Shown here: positions 49,746 through 62,799 of the stretch, piece by piece
How positions within the stretch are numbered: position 1 is the first letter of the stretch
How the letters are laid out: every line of letters starts with the position of its first letter
DNA from: Macrostomum hystrix
Lineage: Eukaryota > Animalia > Platyhelminthes
Assembly: GCA_950097015.1 (NCBI GenBank)
Contig: CATNEN010000007.1
Coordinates: 10,726,001 to 10,790,000, forward strand
Direction of reading: 5' to 3'
Length of the DNA: 64,000 nt
Made by a program: the position numbers and the translations under genes
Notes under the pieces: model-generated
Databases searched by the model: none
Told to the model about the DNA's origin: nothing
What the model saw: only the letters and a program-made list of their open reading frames with translations

Positions 49746-49971
49746 ACATCGCCGCTCCCCAAAGTCACGTGACTGGTACCGCCTGTTTGACATCGCCGCT
49801 CCCCAAAGTCACGTGACCGGTACCGCCTGTTGACATCGCCGCTCCCCAAAGTCACGTGACCGGTACCGCCTGTTGACATCGCCGCTCCGCAAAGTCACGT
49901 GACCGGTACCGCCTGTTGACATCGCCGCTCCCCAAAGTCACGTGACCGGTACCGCCTGCAGACATCGCCGC
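49746..49971. repeat. 43-bp x5 tandem repeat containing palindromic GTCACGTGAC, immediately upstream of the CDK5 ATG
   Basis: acatcgccgctccccaaagtcacgtgaccggtaccgcctgttg units. Confidence 0.92.
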
Positions 49972-50000
49972 CTAGTTCAATTAGTATTCCTGTCGCGGCT

Positions 50001-52001
50001 ATGCAGAAGTTCGAGAAGCTGGAGAAGATCGGCGAAGGCACTTACGGCACGGTGTTCAAGGCGAAAAACAAGGAGACGGGCGAAATCGTCGCCCTGAAGC
50101 GGGTCCGCCTGGACGAGGACGACGAAGGCGTTCCCAGCTCCGCGCTGCGCGAGCTCTGCCTGCTCAAGGAGCTGAAGCACAAGAATGTGGTGAGGTTGCA
50201 GGACGTGCTGCACTCGGACCACAAGCTCACCATGGTGTTTGAGTTCTGCGACCAGGACCTCAAGAAGTACTTTGACTCGTGCAACGGCGAGATTGAAGCT
50301 GACGTTGTCAAGTCTTTCTTTCACCAGCTGCTCAAGGGACTGGAGTACTGTCACAACAATAATGTGCTGCACAGGTGGGACTGGGTTGCTTGCCTCTGCT
50401 GCTCCAAAGCAAAAGACTTAAACAGGCTGCTCTAAGCCCATAGACTCATTCAGACTGCTCCAAACCCATAGACTCAACCAGACTGCTCCAAACCCATAGA
50501 CTCAACCAGACTGCTCCAAACCCATAGACTCAACCAGACTGCTCTAAACCCATAGACTCCCAGTTGAAGACTCCATGCAACAAACACTCCCTGCGCAGAG
50601 ATCTGAAGCCTCAGAACCTGCTGATCAACAAGAACGGCGAGCTGAAGTTGGCGGACTTCGGCCTGGCTCGCGCCTACGGCATCCCGGTGCGCTGCTATTC
50701 GGCTGAGGTCGTGACCCTCTGGTACCGGCCGCCGGACATCCTGTTTGGCGCCAAGCTCTACTGCACCTCCGTGGACACCTGGTCGGCAGGCTGCATCTTC
50801 GCCGAGTTGTCCAACGCCGGCCGGCCACTCTTTCCTGGAAACGATGTGGACGACCAACTGAAGCGGATATTTAAGTGAGGCTCACACTGGTGCTTACCCA
50901 TGTGCTATTCAGTGAGGCTGGTGCTTACCCATGTGCTGCTATTCAGTGAGGCTGGTGCTTACCCATGTGCTGCTATTCAGTGATGCTGGTGCTTACCCAT
51001 GTGCTGCTATTCAGTGATGCTGGTGCTTACCCATGTGCTGCTATTCAGTGATGCTGGTGCTTACCCATGTGCTGCTATTCAGTGAGGCTGGTGCTTACCC
51101 ATGTGCTGCTATTCAGTGATGCTGGTGCTTACCCATGTGCTGCTATTCAGTGAGGCTGGTGCTTACCCATGTGCTATTCAGTGATGCTGGTGCTTACCCA
51201 TGTGCTATTCAGTGATGCTGGTGCTTACCCATGTGCTGCTATTCAGTGAGGCTGGTGCTTACCCATGTGCTGCTATTCAGTGAGGCTGGTGCTTACCCAT
51301 GTGCTATTCAGTGAGGCTGGTGCTTACCCATGTGCTATTCAGTGATGCTGGTGCTTACCCATGTGCTATTCAGTGAGGCTGGTGCTTACCCATGTGCTGC
51401 TATTCAGTGATGCTGGTGCTTACCCATGTGCTGCTTTTCAGTGAGGCTGGTGCTTACCCATGTGCTGCTATTCAGTGAGGCTGGTGCTTACCCATGTGCT
51501 ATTCAGTGATGCTGGTGCTTACCCATGTGCTATTCAGTGAGGCTGGTGCTTACCCATGTGCTATTCAGTGATGCTGGTGCTTACCCATGTGCTATTCAGT
51601 GAGGCTGGTGCTTACCCATGTGCTATTCAGTGAGGCTGGTGCTTACCCATGTGCTATTCAGTGATGCTGGTGCTTACCCATGTGCTATTCAGTGATGCTG
51701 GTGCTTACCCATGTGCTATTCAGTGATGCTGGTGCTTACCCATGTGCTATTCAGTGTGCCCGCTCCCACCCGCAGGCTGCTGGGCACTCCAACGGAGGAC
51801 ACGTGGCCGGGCGTGACCCAGCTGCCGGACTACAAGTCCTTCCCGCTGTATCCGGGCAGCTCCAGCCTGCAGCAGGTGGTGCCCAAGATGACCGCCAAGG
51901 GCCGCGACCTGCTGTCCCGCCTGCTCGTGTGCAACCCGCAGTACCGACTGCGAGCAGACCAGGCCCTGCAGCACCCGTACTTCTCTGAGCCGGCCGCCTA
52001 A
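50001..52001 (+). CDS. CDK5: Cyclin-dependent kinase 5 (291 aa); exons 50001-50374, 50599-50874, 51776-52001
   Basis: [23 protein letters not shown], the diagnostic PSSALRE helix, [36 protein letters not shown]. Confidence 0.97.
50875..51755. repeat. 31/34-bp minisatellite filling CDK5 intron 2
   Basis: gtgaggctggtgcttacccatgtgctattca units that begin at the splice donor. Confidence 0.93.
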
Positions 52002-52896
52002 CACTGCCCGCCTGTGCTCCCTCTGATTTCAGCCCTTATGCAGGGGTCGGCAAACTCCGGCCCGCGGGCCATAAACTCCCAAATCCGGCCCGTTGCCCCT
52101 TCCGACACCTACAGTATCCTGTTTCATCTTTCCCCTGTCTCATCTCTCCCGTGTCTCATCTCTCCTCGGTCTCGTCTCTCCTGTGTCTTATCTCTTCCCG
52201 TGTTTCATTTCTCGTGTGTCTTATCTATTCTGTCTCATCTCTCTCCCCTATCTCATATTTGTACAGTCAATGCGGCCCGCTGTCGTCTTTTAGGTTCTCT
52301 CTTTGGCCTGCTAGCTAGTAAGTTTGCCGACCCCTGCCTTAGGCCTGTAGATTTACTTTAGCTCAGTAGCCTACTATGAGTAGAGTAGTTGCAATCGTGA
52401 TGGTCGCATTCTCACTCGCCATAATTCTCAGCCAGTAGTTCTTTCTGAACTAGGGGCGATTCCGATGAAATCTGAGATTTTCTTTGTCCCAGAATCAGCG
52501 GACTGCTGCGCGCAGTGTCGGCTCGAATTTCACGTGCAAATTGACTACCATTAGTGTTAGGAATTAGCAGAGTGTAGTGTACCTTTCGCAATCTGTTTCC
52601 ATAGCTGTGCTTCTAGTCAGTCATGTACAGCCCTGTGCCCATCCTTGTTGTCTTTGCTGTGTCCTTCGTACCTTTTTAGCTTGTCAATTTGCAATTCTAC
52701 TTGGCATAATTTCCTTTTCTTGTTCAATTACTTAATGATCCGCTCGGGCGGCAGCCCAGTCCCTATACCTAATTGCCTGTCTGTGATCCACCGCTACGGA
52801 ATAAATGCTCTCAACAATGACTATACTGTAGTTTGGGAGGCCTTTGTCTTCAGCTCAAACTCTGCCTGCCACTTGGCGCTTTCATTCAGTTTGCAG

Positions 52897-53203
52897 GCTA
52901 TGAGCAGATAGCTATTGTCTAACAGCCAGGCTATGAGCAGATAGCTATTGTCTAACAGCCAGGCTATGAGCAGATAGCAATTGTCTAACAGCCAGGCTAT
53001 GAGCAGGTAGCTATTGTCTATTGCCTAACTGTCAGGCTATGAGCAGATAGCTATTGTCTAACAGCCAGGCTATGAGCAGATAGCTATTGTATAACAGCCA
53101 GGCTATGAGCAGATAGCTATTGTCTAACAGCCAGGCTATGAGCAGATAGCAATTGTCTAACAGCCAGGCTATGAGCAGGTAGCTATTGTCTAACAGCCAG
53201 GCT
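52897..53203. repeat. 33-bp intergenic minisatellite
   Basis: gctatgagcagatagctattgtctaacagccag units. Confidence 0.9.
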
Positions 53204-53315
53204 GTTTATATTAGATTTGTACTTCTGCCAGTGAAAGCTTAAAAAACAGTTTAGAAAAACAGTTAATAGCATAGCACAGGAGTTTCCTGCCCATTGCTTC
53301 CCGCAGCAGGCAGGC

Positions 53316-56300
53316 ATGACGTCATCCTCGTCCCAGCCCGACGAGGTTGAGCTGCGCCAGGTTTCCGAGCTGCGGCCGTTTCACTCGCCCGGCTCGGCCA
53401 TTCATCCTGGCCACGACGGGCGTCACGTGATCTGCCAGCGGAACACCTCGGACGGCTCGTCGCTGTACGTGGTGGACACAGCTGACTGCAGCATTCGGCA
53501 GGAGCTCATCGGCCAGACGGAGAAGGTCACGGCGGTTGCCGTGTCGCCAAAAGACTCTGCTGTCTACACTGCCAACAAGGTAAATAGATGAGAGCTGAGC
53601 AGTGTGAGCTGGATGCAGCTGAGCACTGAGCTGCAGCTGAGCAGGTGGGTGAGATGTTATTGTTAAGATCACACAACGCTTTCTCAGGAGCTGCTGCTGC
53701 GCCGCTGGGACTGGCTGACTGGGGAGTCCGGCAGCACCTGGCGCAGCTTCCATCGCAGCCCCATCACCCTTCTGGCGGTCAGCGAGGACGGCCGGCGACT
53801 CGCCAGTGGCAGCTCCGACGGCGCCGTGCGGCTATGGGACCGCGTCAACGGCGACACCCGACCTTGCCGGGGACATTCAGGCCTCCTCAGCCTGTTGCGC
53901 CTCCTGGCCGGCCGGCTGTTCTCGGCTGACGGGCACGACTACAAGGTGCGCGTCTGGTCCGCCGACACCGCTGAGCTGGGCGGAGCGCTTGAGGGTCACC
54001 AGAGCTCCGTCACCGGCATCTGCCTGCTGGACTCCGGGCGGGCCGTCACCTGCGGCAGGGACCAGGTGAGGCAGTATGAGCGCATGGATGAGCAGATGTA
54101 GTATGAGCACATGGATGAGCAGATGCAGTATGAGCACATGGAGGAGCAGATGCAGTGTGAGCACAGGAATGAGCATCTGCTCATGAGCACAGGAATGAGC
54201 AGCTGCAGTGTGAGCACAGGAATGAGCAGATGCAGTGTGAGCACAGGAATGAGCAGCTGCAGTGTGAGCAGATATAGTATGATGACAGTAATGAGCAGAT
54301 GCAGTGTGAGCACGAATTAGCAGATTCAGTGTGAGCACAGGAATTAGCAGATGCAGTGTGAGCACAGGAATTAGCAGATGCAGTATGAGCACAGGGATGA
54401 ACAGATGCTGTATATGAGCACAGTTATGAGCAGATGCAGTATATGAGCACAGGGATGAGCAGAAGCAGTATATGAGCACAGGGATGAGCAGAAGCAGTAT
54501 ATGAGCACAGGGATGAGCAGAAGCAGTATATGAGCACAGGGATGAGCAGATGCAATATATGAGCACAGGGATAAGCAAATGCAGTGGAAGCAAGGGGAAT
54601 CCGTTATCTCTCGCCTCTCCCAGGTGCTCATTGTCTGGCAGCTGAGCAGTTACAGTCGCCTAGCAACTGTGCCCAGTGACGAGAGTCTAGAGTGCTGCAT
54701 CCAAGCCCCAGCCGGCCTTGCCGTGTCGCTGGGCCTGGGCAGCGTGGCCGGCGGTCTGGTGCTAACGGGCGGTCAGTCGGGCCGGCTCCGGTTCTGGGAC
54801 CTCGGCGGCGAGCGGCGCCGTTGCCTTCTGGAGCTGAGTCGCGGCGACGCCGGGCAGAGCGGCGGTGGTGGAGGCGGCGGCGAAAGCGCCGAGTACTCGC
54901 CAGGTAGCATTCAGTGCGCCCTGCCGCTGGGTGATGGCCTCCTGGTTGCCAGGCAGGCCGGCTCCGTTGAGATCTATAGCAACAGCGGCCGCCTCGAGGC
55001 CGAGTGGTGCGGCGCCCTCGGCGAGGTCACCTGCGTGCTGTCGGGCCCGCCCATCGGTAGCGATGATCGTCGGACAGCCACCAGGCTGCTGCTGGCCACG
55101 GACTCCGGACCCTTTCTTCGCGTCTTTCTGTGGCGACCCGGCCGCCCCGCTGACTGGCGCTGCCGCTCCCTGCAGCTGCACGGCGAGCTTGACGCCCTGA
55201 TGTGCTGCTCGCTGCTGCCCGGCAACCGCCTGCTCACCGCAGCCAAAGGCGGCCGCGTCCGCTTGCACCGCCTGGAGGTCGCCGGTTCGACTCTCGCCGA
55301 CGTGAGCGCCGTCCACATTGGTGACCTTGAGCCCGGCCACGAGGGTCACGTGACTGCACTGGCCGCCACTGCCGACGGCAACCTGGCCGTGTCCGCCTGT
55401 GAGACGCCCGTTATCAAGGCCTTTCAGGTGACCGACTCCGGTCTGGCCATTGTTGCCATGGTGACCAGGCCGCACGAGAAGGCCGTGAACTGCCTGGCGG
55501 TGTCGCCAAACGACGCACTACTGGCCGCTGGCAGCCGCGATAAGTCCCTGTCGCTGTGGTCGCTGCCCAAGCTGCGGCCAGTCGGCCGACTCATCGGGCA
55601 CAAGCGAGGCGTCTGGGGCGTCAAGTTCTGCCGCCACCAGCAGCTGCTGGCCAGCGTCTCCGCCGACTGCTGCGCCCGCGTCTGGGATCTGCGCGACCTC
55701 AGCTGCCATCGCTGCCTGCAGGGTGACCACCCGCTGTACGACCTGGACTGGCTGGGCTCGCAGCACCTGGTCACCACGGATCAGGTAGGAACTGCTGGCT
55801 GACTGGCACCTTCTTATTCACCTGGGTTCGAGCACCCACAATGACTCACTTTCCTCTCCCTCCCCCCTCATCCTCAGTCCGGCCTGGTCCGCGTCTGGTC
55901 GGTGCGGGACCGCGCACCCGTGGCCACCCGGGAGGGCCACACAGGCCGCGCCTGGTGCATCGCTGCCCTGGGCGACGCCGCAGCCGCTGCAGATGACACT
56001 GATGACAATGCCAATGCTGGCGGCTCCGGTGGGCACTGGCTGACTGGCGGCGAGGACGGCCGGCTTCTGCTGTGGCGTGATGCCACCACCGAGGCGACCG
56101 CCGAGCGCGCCGAGGCCCGCGCCGACGCCCTAGCCAAAGAGCAGCGGCTGCAGAATCTGCTTGGCTCCGGCCGCCTCGCCGAGGCTCTGGCTCTTGCGCT
56201 GAGCCTTAGCCAGCCGACGAGGGCGCGAGGCATCGTTGCCAGTCTGGTGGCAACCTCCGGCACCGGCCGTCTCGACCCGGAGCTCGTCCGCGGCCTCGAG

Positions 56301-56552
56301 GAGCCGCTGCAGCAGCGCCTGCTTGAGTTCTGCGCCGGCTGGAATTCCAACTCGCGCACCTGTCACGAAGCCCAGTGCGTCCTGCACGCCCTGCTGCTGG
56401 TCCGGCCGCCTCAGCAGCTGCTGGCTTGGCCAAGCCTGCGGCGCCACCTGCCGGCCCTGCTGGCCTTCACGGAGCGGCACGAGCGGCGGGCCCAGCAGCT
56501 GGCCGCCTGCCGACACCTGGTTCGCCTGCTGGGCGCCGATCCGGCAGCCTGA
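53316..56552 (+). CDS. TBL3: Transducin beta-like 3 / Utp13 WD40 protein of the SSU processome (~825 aa); exons 53316-53579, 53688-54065, 54624-55784, 55878-56552
   Basis: Many WD40 repeats (HEKAVNCLAVSPND, GHKRGVWGVKF). Utp13 C-terminal motifs WNSNSRTCHEAQ and AFTERH. Confidence 0.92.
54068..54590. repeat. Degenerate ~25-30-bp minisatellite in TBL3 intron 2
   Basis: atgagcagatgcagtatgagcacagg-type units. Confidence 0.85.
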
Positions 56553-56779
56553 GTAGATTCAAATGCGCATTTCCGTGTCCCTGAGCTCCCTCATTGATTT
56601 GCATGTGCGACCTGGTTCAAGTAAACTCAACTCTTGTGCATTTCTCACCAGCTGCCGTTGGGCAAAAGCCGGCTTTTGAAGGAAACCGCTTCGTGTTTGT
56701 TTTTTTAGTTTCTAGTCACTAACCGCTTTTTTAATTACTGAGGATTCTAATAGGCCATATGCCAGGATTCTAATGCGAA

Positions 56780-56985
56780 ATCCTAGGATTATACTAAGCC
56801 AGATCCTAGGATTATACTAAGCCAGATCCTAGGATTATACTAAGCCAGATCCTAAGATTATACTAAGCCAGATCCTAGGATTATACTAAGCCAGATCCTA
56901 GGATTATACTAAGCCAGATCCTAGGATTATACTAAGCCAGATCCTAGGATTATACTAAGCCAGATCCTAGGATTATACTAAGATT
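56780..56985. repeat. 23-bp minisatellite in the TBL3-MED27 spacer
   Basis: tcctaggattatactaagccaga, about 8-9 copies. Confidence 0.9.
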
Positions 56986-57063
56986 CTAATGTGAAATCCC
57001 GGGATTCTACTAAGTCAGATCCAAGGATCCCAGGATTCTAATTACCACACCTTCTGCCCGCAG

Positions 57064-59155
57064 GAGAACCTGAGCCACCTGTCAATTCAGAGCCTGCTGC
57101 TGGTTCGCGAGCTGCGGAGCGAGCTGCTCCAGCTGCACCAGCCGGCCTCCGACTGTCCCGGGTCAGCAGGCTTCGAGCAGCTGGCCGCCACCGCTCGGAA
57201 GCTGGCCGAGAGCGTCCAGAGCCTGGACCAGCTGGCGGAGAAGATGGGCCTGCTGGCCAGGCAGTACCAGCAGACCGGCCCTCCTGACCAGTTGGCCCTG
57301 TACCCCAACATCCTGCTGACTGACGCGGACCCGGAATGGCACGCGGCCACCACCCGCGCCCTCCTAGGCGAGCGCTGGCGGGCCGACATCTGCGGCCTGG
57401 TGCGCGATGGCCTCGCTAACCGGGCCCTCCTGCACGCCCGAGCTCGAGCTTCAGCGGCCGCTGCGGCGGCTTCGGCGGCTGCTGCTTTACGGGCCACCGG
57501 CGGCTTCGGAGGCCGGCAGGGCGACGCGGTTACTCAGTCGCACCAGCTGCGGCAGCACCTGGAGCGCGAGCTGGCCCGCAGCTACCGGTCCCAGTGCGAG
57601 CGAAACCACCGCGACCCGGACCGGCTGCTCACCGTCAGCGTGGAGCCCGCATCTCCCAGCACCAACTTGGTGGTCATCACTACCGACTGCTTCCACGTGC
57701 TGCTCTTCACCCGTGGCCTCATAATCGAGATTGCTCAGGTGAGCCACCACGAGTTCCATTTAGTTCTGAGAAAAACTCTATGATTTGCCGATTCAGTGAT
57801 GAGATTTTGGATTCAGGCCTCATGGATTCTTCAGGTGAGGGGATTAGGATTCAGGCCTCTTGGATTCTTCAGGTGAGGGGATTAGGATTCAGGCCTCATG
57901 GATTCTTCAGGTGAGGGGATTAGGATTCAGGCCTCATGGATTCTTCAGGTGAGGGGATTAGGATTCAGGCCTCATGGATTCTTCAGGTGAGGGGATTAGG
58001 ATTCAGGCCTCATGGATTCTTCAGGTGAGGGGATTAGGATTCAGGCCTCTTGGATTCTTCAGGTGAGGGGATTAGGATTCAGGCCTCTTGGATTCTTCAG
58101 GTGAGGGGATTAGGATTCAGGCCTCATGGATTCTTCAGGTGAGGGGATTAGGATTCAGGCCTCATGGATTCTTCAGGTGAGGGGATTAGGATTCAGGCCT
58201 CATGGATTCTTCAGGTGAGGGGATTAGGATTCAGGCCTCATGGATTCTTCAGGTGAGGGGATTAGGATTCAGGCCTCATGGATTCTTCAGGTGAGGGGAT
58301 TAGGATTCAGGCCTCATGGATTCTTCAGGTGAGGGGATTAGGATTCAGGCCTCATGGATTCTTCAGGTGAGGGGATTAGGATTCAGGCCTCATGGATTCT
58401 TCAGGTGAGGGGATTAGGATTCAGGCCTCATGGATTCTTCAGGTGAGGGGATTAGGATTCAGGCCTCATGGATTCTTCAGGTGAGGGGATTAGGATTCAG
58501 GCCTCATGGATTCTTCAGGTGAGGGGATTAGGATTCAGGCCTCATGGATTCTTCAGGTGAGGGGATTAGGATTCAGGCCTCATGGATTCTTCAGGTGAGG
58601 GGATTAGGATTCAGGCCTCTTGGATTCTTCAGGTGAGGGGATTAGGATTCAGGCCTCTTGGATTCTTCAGGTGAGGGGATTAGGATTCAGGCCTCATGGA
58701 TTCTTCAGGTGAGGGGATTAGGATTCAGGCCTCATGGATTCTTCAGGTGGCGGGACTAGAATTCAGTCTTTGAGGTTTCTTCAGAGGGGGGTTAAATGTT
58801 TAAAATCGGTGAGTAAATAAATATTCGCACTGTCCTGCTGTCGCAGGTGCTGGGCCTGGGCGAGCCGCTGCCCCGGCCGAACCAGGCGTGGCCGGGCTCG
58901 CAGTTCCGCTGCTTCCGCCAGCTGACAGCCGGCCTGCTGCAGCTGCTGGTGGCCGGCAGGCAGAGCGGCGGCGGAACCTTCCTGCTGCAGCTGCTCATCA
59001 AGTGGCTCTGCGCCTTCCGCAACCTCTTCCAGCAGCGATGCGCCCGCTGCGACCGCATCCTGCGAGACCAGCTGCCGCCGGCCTGGTTCGACTTCCGCAA
59101 GGACGACCGCCCTGTCTACCACCTGGCCTGCAAGAGCGCCGTGTGCGCCGCCTGA
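57064..59155 (+). CDS. MED27: Mediator subunit 27; exons 57064-57738, 58847-59155; no genomic in-frame ATG at the N-terminus
   Basis: C-terminal WLCAFRNLFQQRCARCDRILRDQLPPAWFDFR...HLAC matches the MED27 Zn-binding end. N-terminal ENLSHLSIQSLLLVRELRS begins right after the acceptor cttctgcccgcag. Confidence 0.85.
57808..58749. repeat. 38-bp minisatellite in the MED27 intron (gattcttcaggtgaggggattaggattcaggcctcatg)
   Basis: About 24-25 units. Confidence 0.95.
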
Positions 59156-59256
59156 CTGCTCCTGGAACATCTGAGTCTAGTCACAATGGCTGCGGCTGCC
59201 ATCTCCTGACTTGTCCGACTGCCTGTGTCCCGAGTGCTGCATTTTCATGCCTTTAA

Positions 59257-59450
59257 ATATACAGGTTCATGCATCACATATACAGGTTCATGCATCACAT
59301 ATACAGGTTCATGCCATCACATATACAGGTTCATGCATCACACATACAGGTTCATGTCATCACATATACAGGTTCATGCATCACATATACAGGTTCATGC
59401 CATCACATATACAGGCTCATGCCATCACATATACAGGTTCATGTCATCTA
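59257..59450. repeat. ~21-bp repeat downstream of the MED27 stop
   Basis: atacaggttcatgcatcacat units. Confidence 0.85.
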
Positions 59451-59548
59451 AGGTACATGCCTTTGTTTCACGCAATTTCCTGCTTAATTTTTCCTTGGTT
59501 TTGTTCAATTTTCAGTGTTTAGCTGTAAGTGTCCGTAGTGTTCCTTAA

Positions 59549-59779
59549 ATTGCGATAACTAAAAGTACAACTGAAACTTGGTCGCAGCCGGTCAAGCTGT
59601 GTCCAGTAGTAAGTGCGAGTAGTGCTCGTTCAATTGCGATAACTAAAAGTACAACTGAAACTCGGTCGCAGCCGGTCAAGCTGTGTCCAGTAGTAAGTGC
59701 GAGTAGTGCTCGTTCAATTGCGATAACTAAAAGTACAACTAAAACTCGGTCGCAGCCGGTCAAGCCGTGTCCAGTAGTA
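59549..59779. repeat. 84-bp tandem triplication
   Basis: aattgcgataactaaaagtacaact... recurs at 59549, 59633 and ~59716. Confidence 0.9.
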
Positions 59780-61832
59780 GGCATACGAGTATCTTAGCCA
59801 GTTTAAAACCGCCCCTTTTTTCTAACTGCGCAAATGTACTTTAGCGACAACTAAAGTAGGTGGCGCATGCCTGAGGTGCTGCACTCAGATCTTGTTATTG
59901 GATCTGTCTCGGCTGCAATCTCTAAGCTGAATGGTCCGAGCACAAATTGGTGCCGCTCTGAGCACTGTGAGTGCTCAACAATCCCCCCCACAGCCTGTTC
60001 ACTGCGCCTAGCCCGGCCCGCATTGTTGCTTAACAGCACAATCGACAAGCTGTGATGAGCTGTGGGTTGTGGTTAGAAAAGAGATGCGCCCTGTGATAAA
60101 AGGCCTGATGAGTACAACTGTACTCGAGCAATTCTCTCAGTCCATTCTGAGCGGCTCATGGAGCGCATCTTTCAGCAGACCAGCCACTTCGGCCGCTTCC
60201 AGCTGCGGGTGATTGTCAACCCGCTGCTGATCTCCACGATCTGCACCTTCCACATACTGGCGCCCATCTATGTGCTGTACGACCCGCCAAGCTTCAGGTA
60301 AAGATAGCCCGCCACAGACTCACTGAAACACATTAATCCACTCACTAATCCATTAACACTCAGAAACTTAAACCAATCGATACATTGACCGACTAGGCAC
60401 TAACTGACCCACAAACCCACGCGACTCCCATCTCACCCACTGAATATAAAGCAGCTAACCCACCGGCACAATGAGATCAACATTGAACCACCGACTAAGT
60501 GGCGCCCACTAATAGACCATAATAATTCACAGACTATTACTGAGGTGTTGACCCACTGACATACAGCCAAATTGACCACCTTGATCTCCACGTGTGGCTT
60601 CGCTGGCATTCTGGTGGGAATCTTGCTTTCGGGATACCTGGCCGACTGGTGAGCTGACCCTCTGACACTGACCCACTGATCCACTGCTACCTGGCCCATT
60701 GGTGAGCTGACCCACTGACCCTGACCCTCTGACCCTGACCCACTGACCCTGACCCACTGAACCACTGACCCACTGCTACCTGGCCCACTCCTAAACTGAC
60801 CGATTGACCCAATGACCACTGACCCACAATCCACAATTGCCAGGCTAGGCAGGCGCGTGAGCCTCATCGTCACCCTCTGGGTGCTCACTGTGGCACAGGT
60901 GGCCTCTCTGTTTTCCGTGTCGGTGGCCTACGCAGCAGCCGTCCGCTTCCTGATCGGAATGGGCGCGCTGTCGTCGTACACGCTTGCCTACGTGATGTCC
61001 ATCGAGCTGGTGGGGCCCGGCGCCCGGCACCACATCTGCGCCGCGCTCGCCTACTGCTGGTCGATTGCCTCAGGCCTGATTGCGCTGGCGGCTTTCCTGA
61101 CCAGATGAGCCAGGCTTCAAGTGCTCACTCACCTGCTCACATGCCGCAGACAACTTCCCAGATACCGCACTACCCACCCTCTAAGTCAATGTCTGAACTG
61201 GCTCGCACCCGCCAGATCCTGGCGTGGCCTCTTCATCTGCACCCTGGTGCCTACGCTGCTGATGTTGCTGCTGGAGCACCTGCCCTGTATGGCACCGAAG
61301 TCGCCGCGCTGGCTGATGTCGTGAGGTCGCCGTGTGTGTGTGTGTGTTGGTTCAGATCCCTCGCTAGGCATACGGGGGGCGCGCCAGCGCGCCCGACGCC
61401 TCGACGAAGGCCCGCACCCCTTCTGGGTCGTTCTGCAGTGGGGACATAGAGCCGTTGATAGCCTCTGGGATGTGAAGCCGGCGCTCCTCCGCCCACCTGG
61501 GGCAGTCTAACAGGAAATGCCGGGTGTCTTCTTCGGGGGCATTGCAGTGCGGGCAGGCAGCGGTTGGGTCGCGGCCCCAACGATGCCGGGTGGCCTGCAG
61601 GAAGGGCCTGAGGTCGCCGTCGCGACGCCGGTCGCATCATCAACCAGATGCTGCTGGACAATAGCCAGAGTGCCGAGCAGGCCAGCGCGGCCGTCAAGGA
61701 GCTGCTCAGCTCCAGCGAGGACGCGGCTGCTCCGGGCGAGGCGAGGGGCGGACACTCGGTGCGGCGATCCCTGCGAATGCTGGCGCGGAGTCCCCGGCTG
61801 CTGCTGAGGTTCGGCATAATCTGCTGCAACTG

Positions 61833-62505
61833 GTGAGACTGGGGATGTGCTCACCTGTGACTCACAGCAGCTGGTGAGACTGGGGATCTGCTCACCGGTT
61901 ACAGCAACTGATAAGGCTTGGGATCTACTCACCTGTTACAGCAACTGATGAGGGTGGGGATCTGCTCACCTGTGACTCACAGCAGCTGGTGAGACTGGGG
62001 ATCTGCTCACCGGTTACAGCAACTGATAAGGCTTGGGATCTACTCACCTGTTACAGCAACTGATGAGGGTGGGGATCTGCTCACCTGTTACTGCAACTGA
62101 TGAAGCTGGGGATCTGCTCACCTGTTACAGCAACTGATGAAGCTGGTGTTTTGCTCACCTGTTACAGCAGCTGGTGAGGCTGGGGATCTGCTCACCTGTT
62201 ACAGCAGCTGGTGAGGCTGGGGATCTGCTCACCTGTTACAGCAGCTGGTGAGGCTGGGGATCTGCTCACCTGTTACAGCAGCTGGTGAGGCTGGGGATCT
62301 GCTCACCTGTTACAGCAGCTGGTGAGGCTGGGGATCTGCTCACCTGTTACAGCAGCTGGTGAGGCTGAGGATCTGCTCACCTGTTACAGCAGCTGGTGAG
62401 GCTGGGGATCTGCTCACCTGTTACAGCAGCTGGTGAGGCTGGGGATCTGCTCACCTGTTACAGCAGCTGGTGAGGCTGGGGATCTGCTCACCTGTTACAG
62501 CAACT
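61833..62505. repeat. 37-bp intronic minisatellite (ggtgaggctggggatctgctcacctgttacagcagct)
   Basis: Visible units that start at the exon/donor junction. Confidence 0.92.
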
Positions 62506-62799
62506 GTGCCACCTTGAATCGCCCCGAAGGTTCCTGATGGCCGCAATTTTCTATGGCATCGCGATGGGCGCCAAGAACTTGCCCGGCAGCATCTTCCTGA
62601 CCTCCTTCCTCATCGGTCTGGTGGATTTTCCCGCCACCCTGATCATGCACCTGGCCTCCAACCGGCTGGGCCGAAGGACTACCTTCATCGCTGCACTGGG
62701 CGGCTCCGCGCTGGCCCTACTCGGCCGGGCCGCTGTAAGCTACCTGGCCAAGGGTGAGTGGCATTCCTGATCTGCTGGGCCTGATAATAGGGTGACTGG

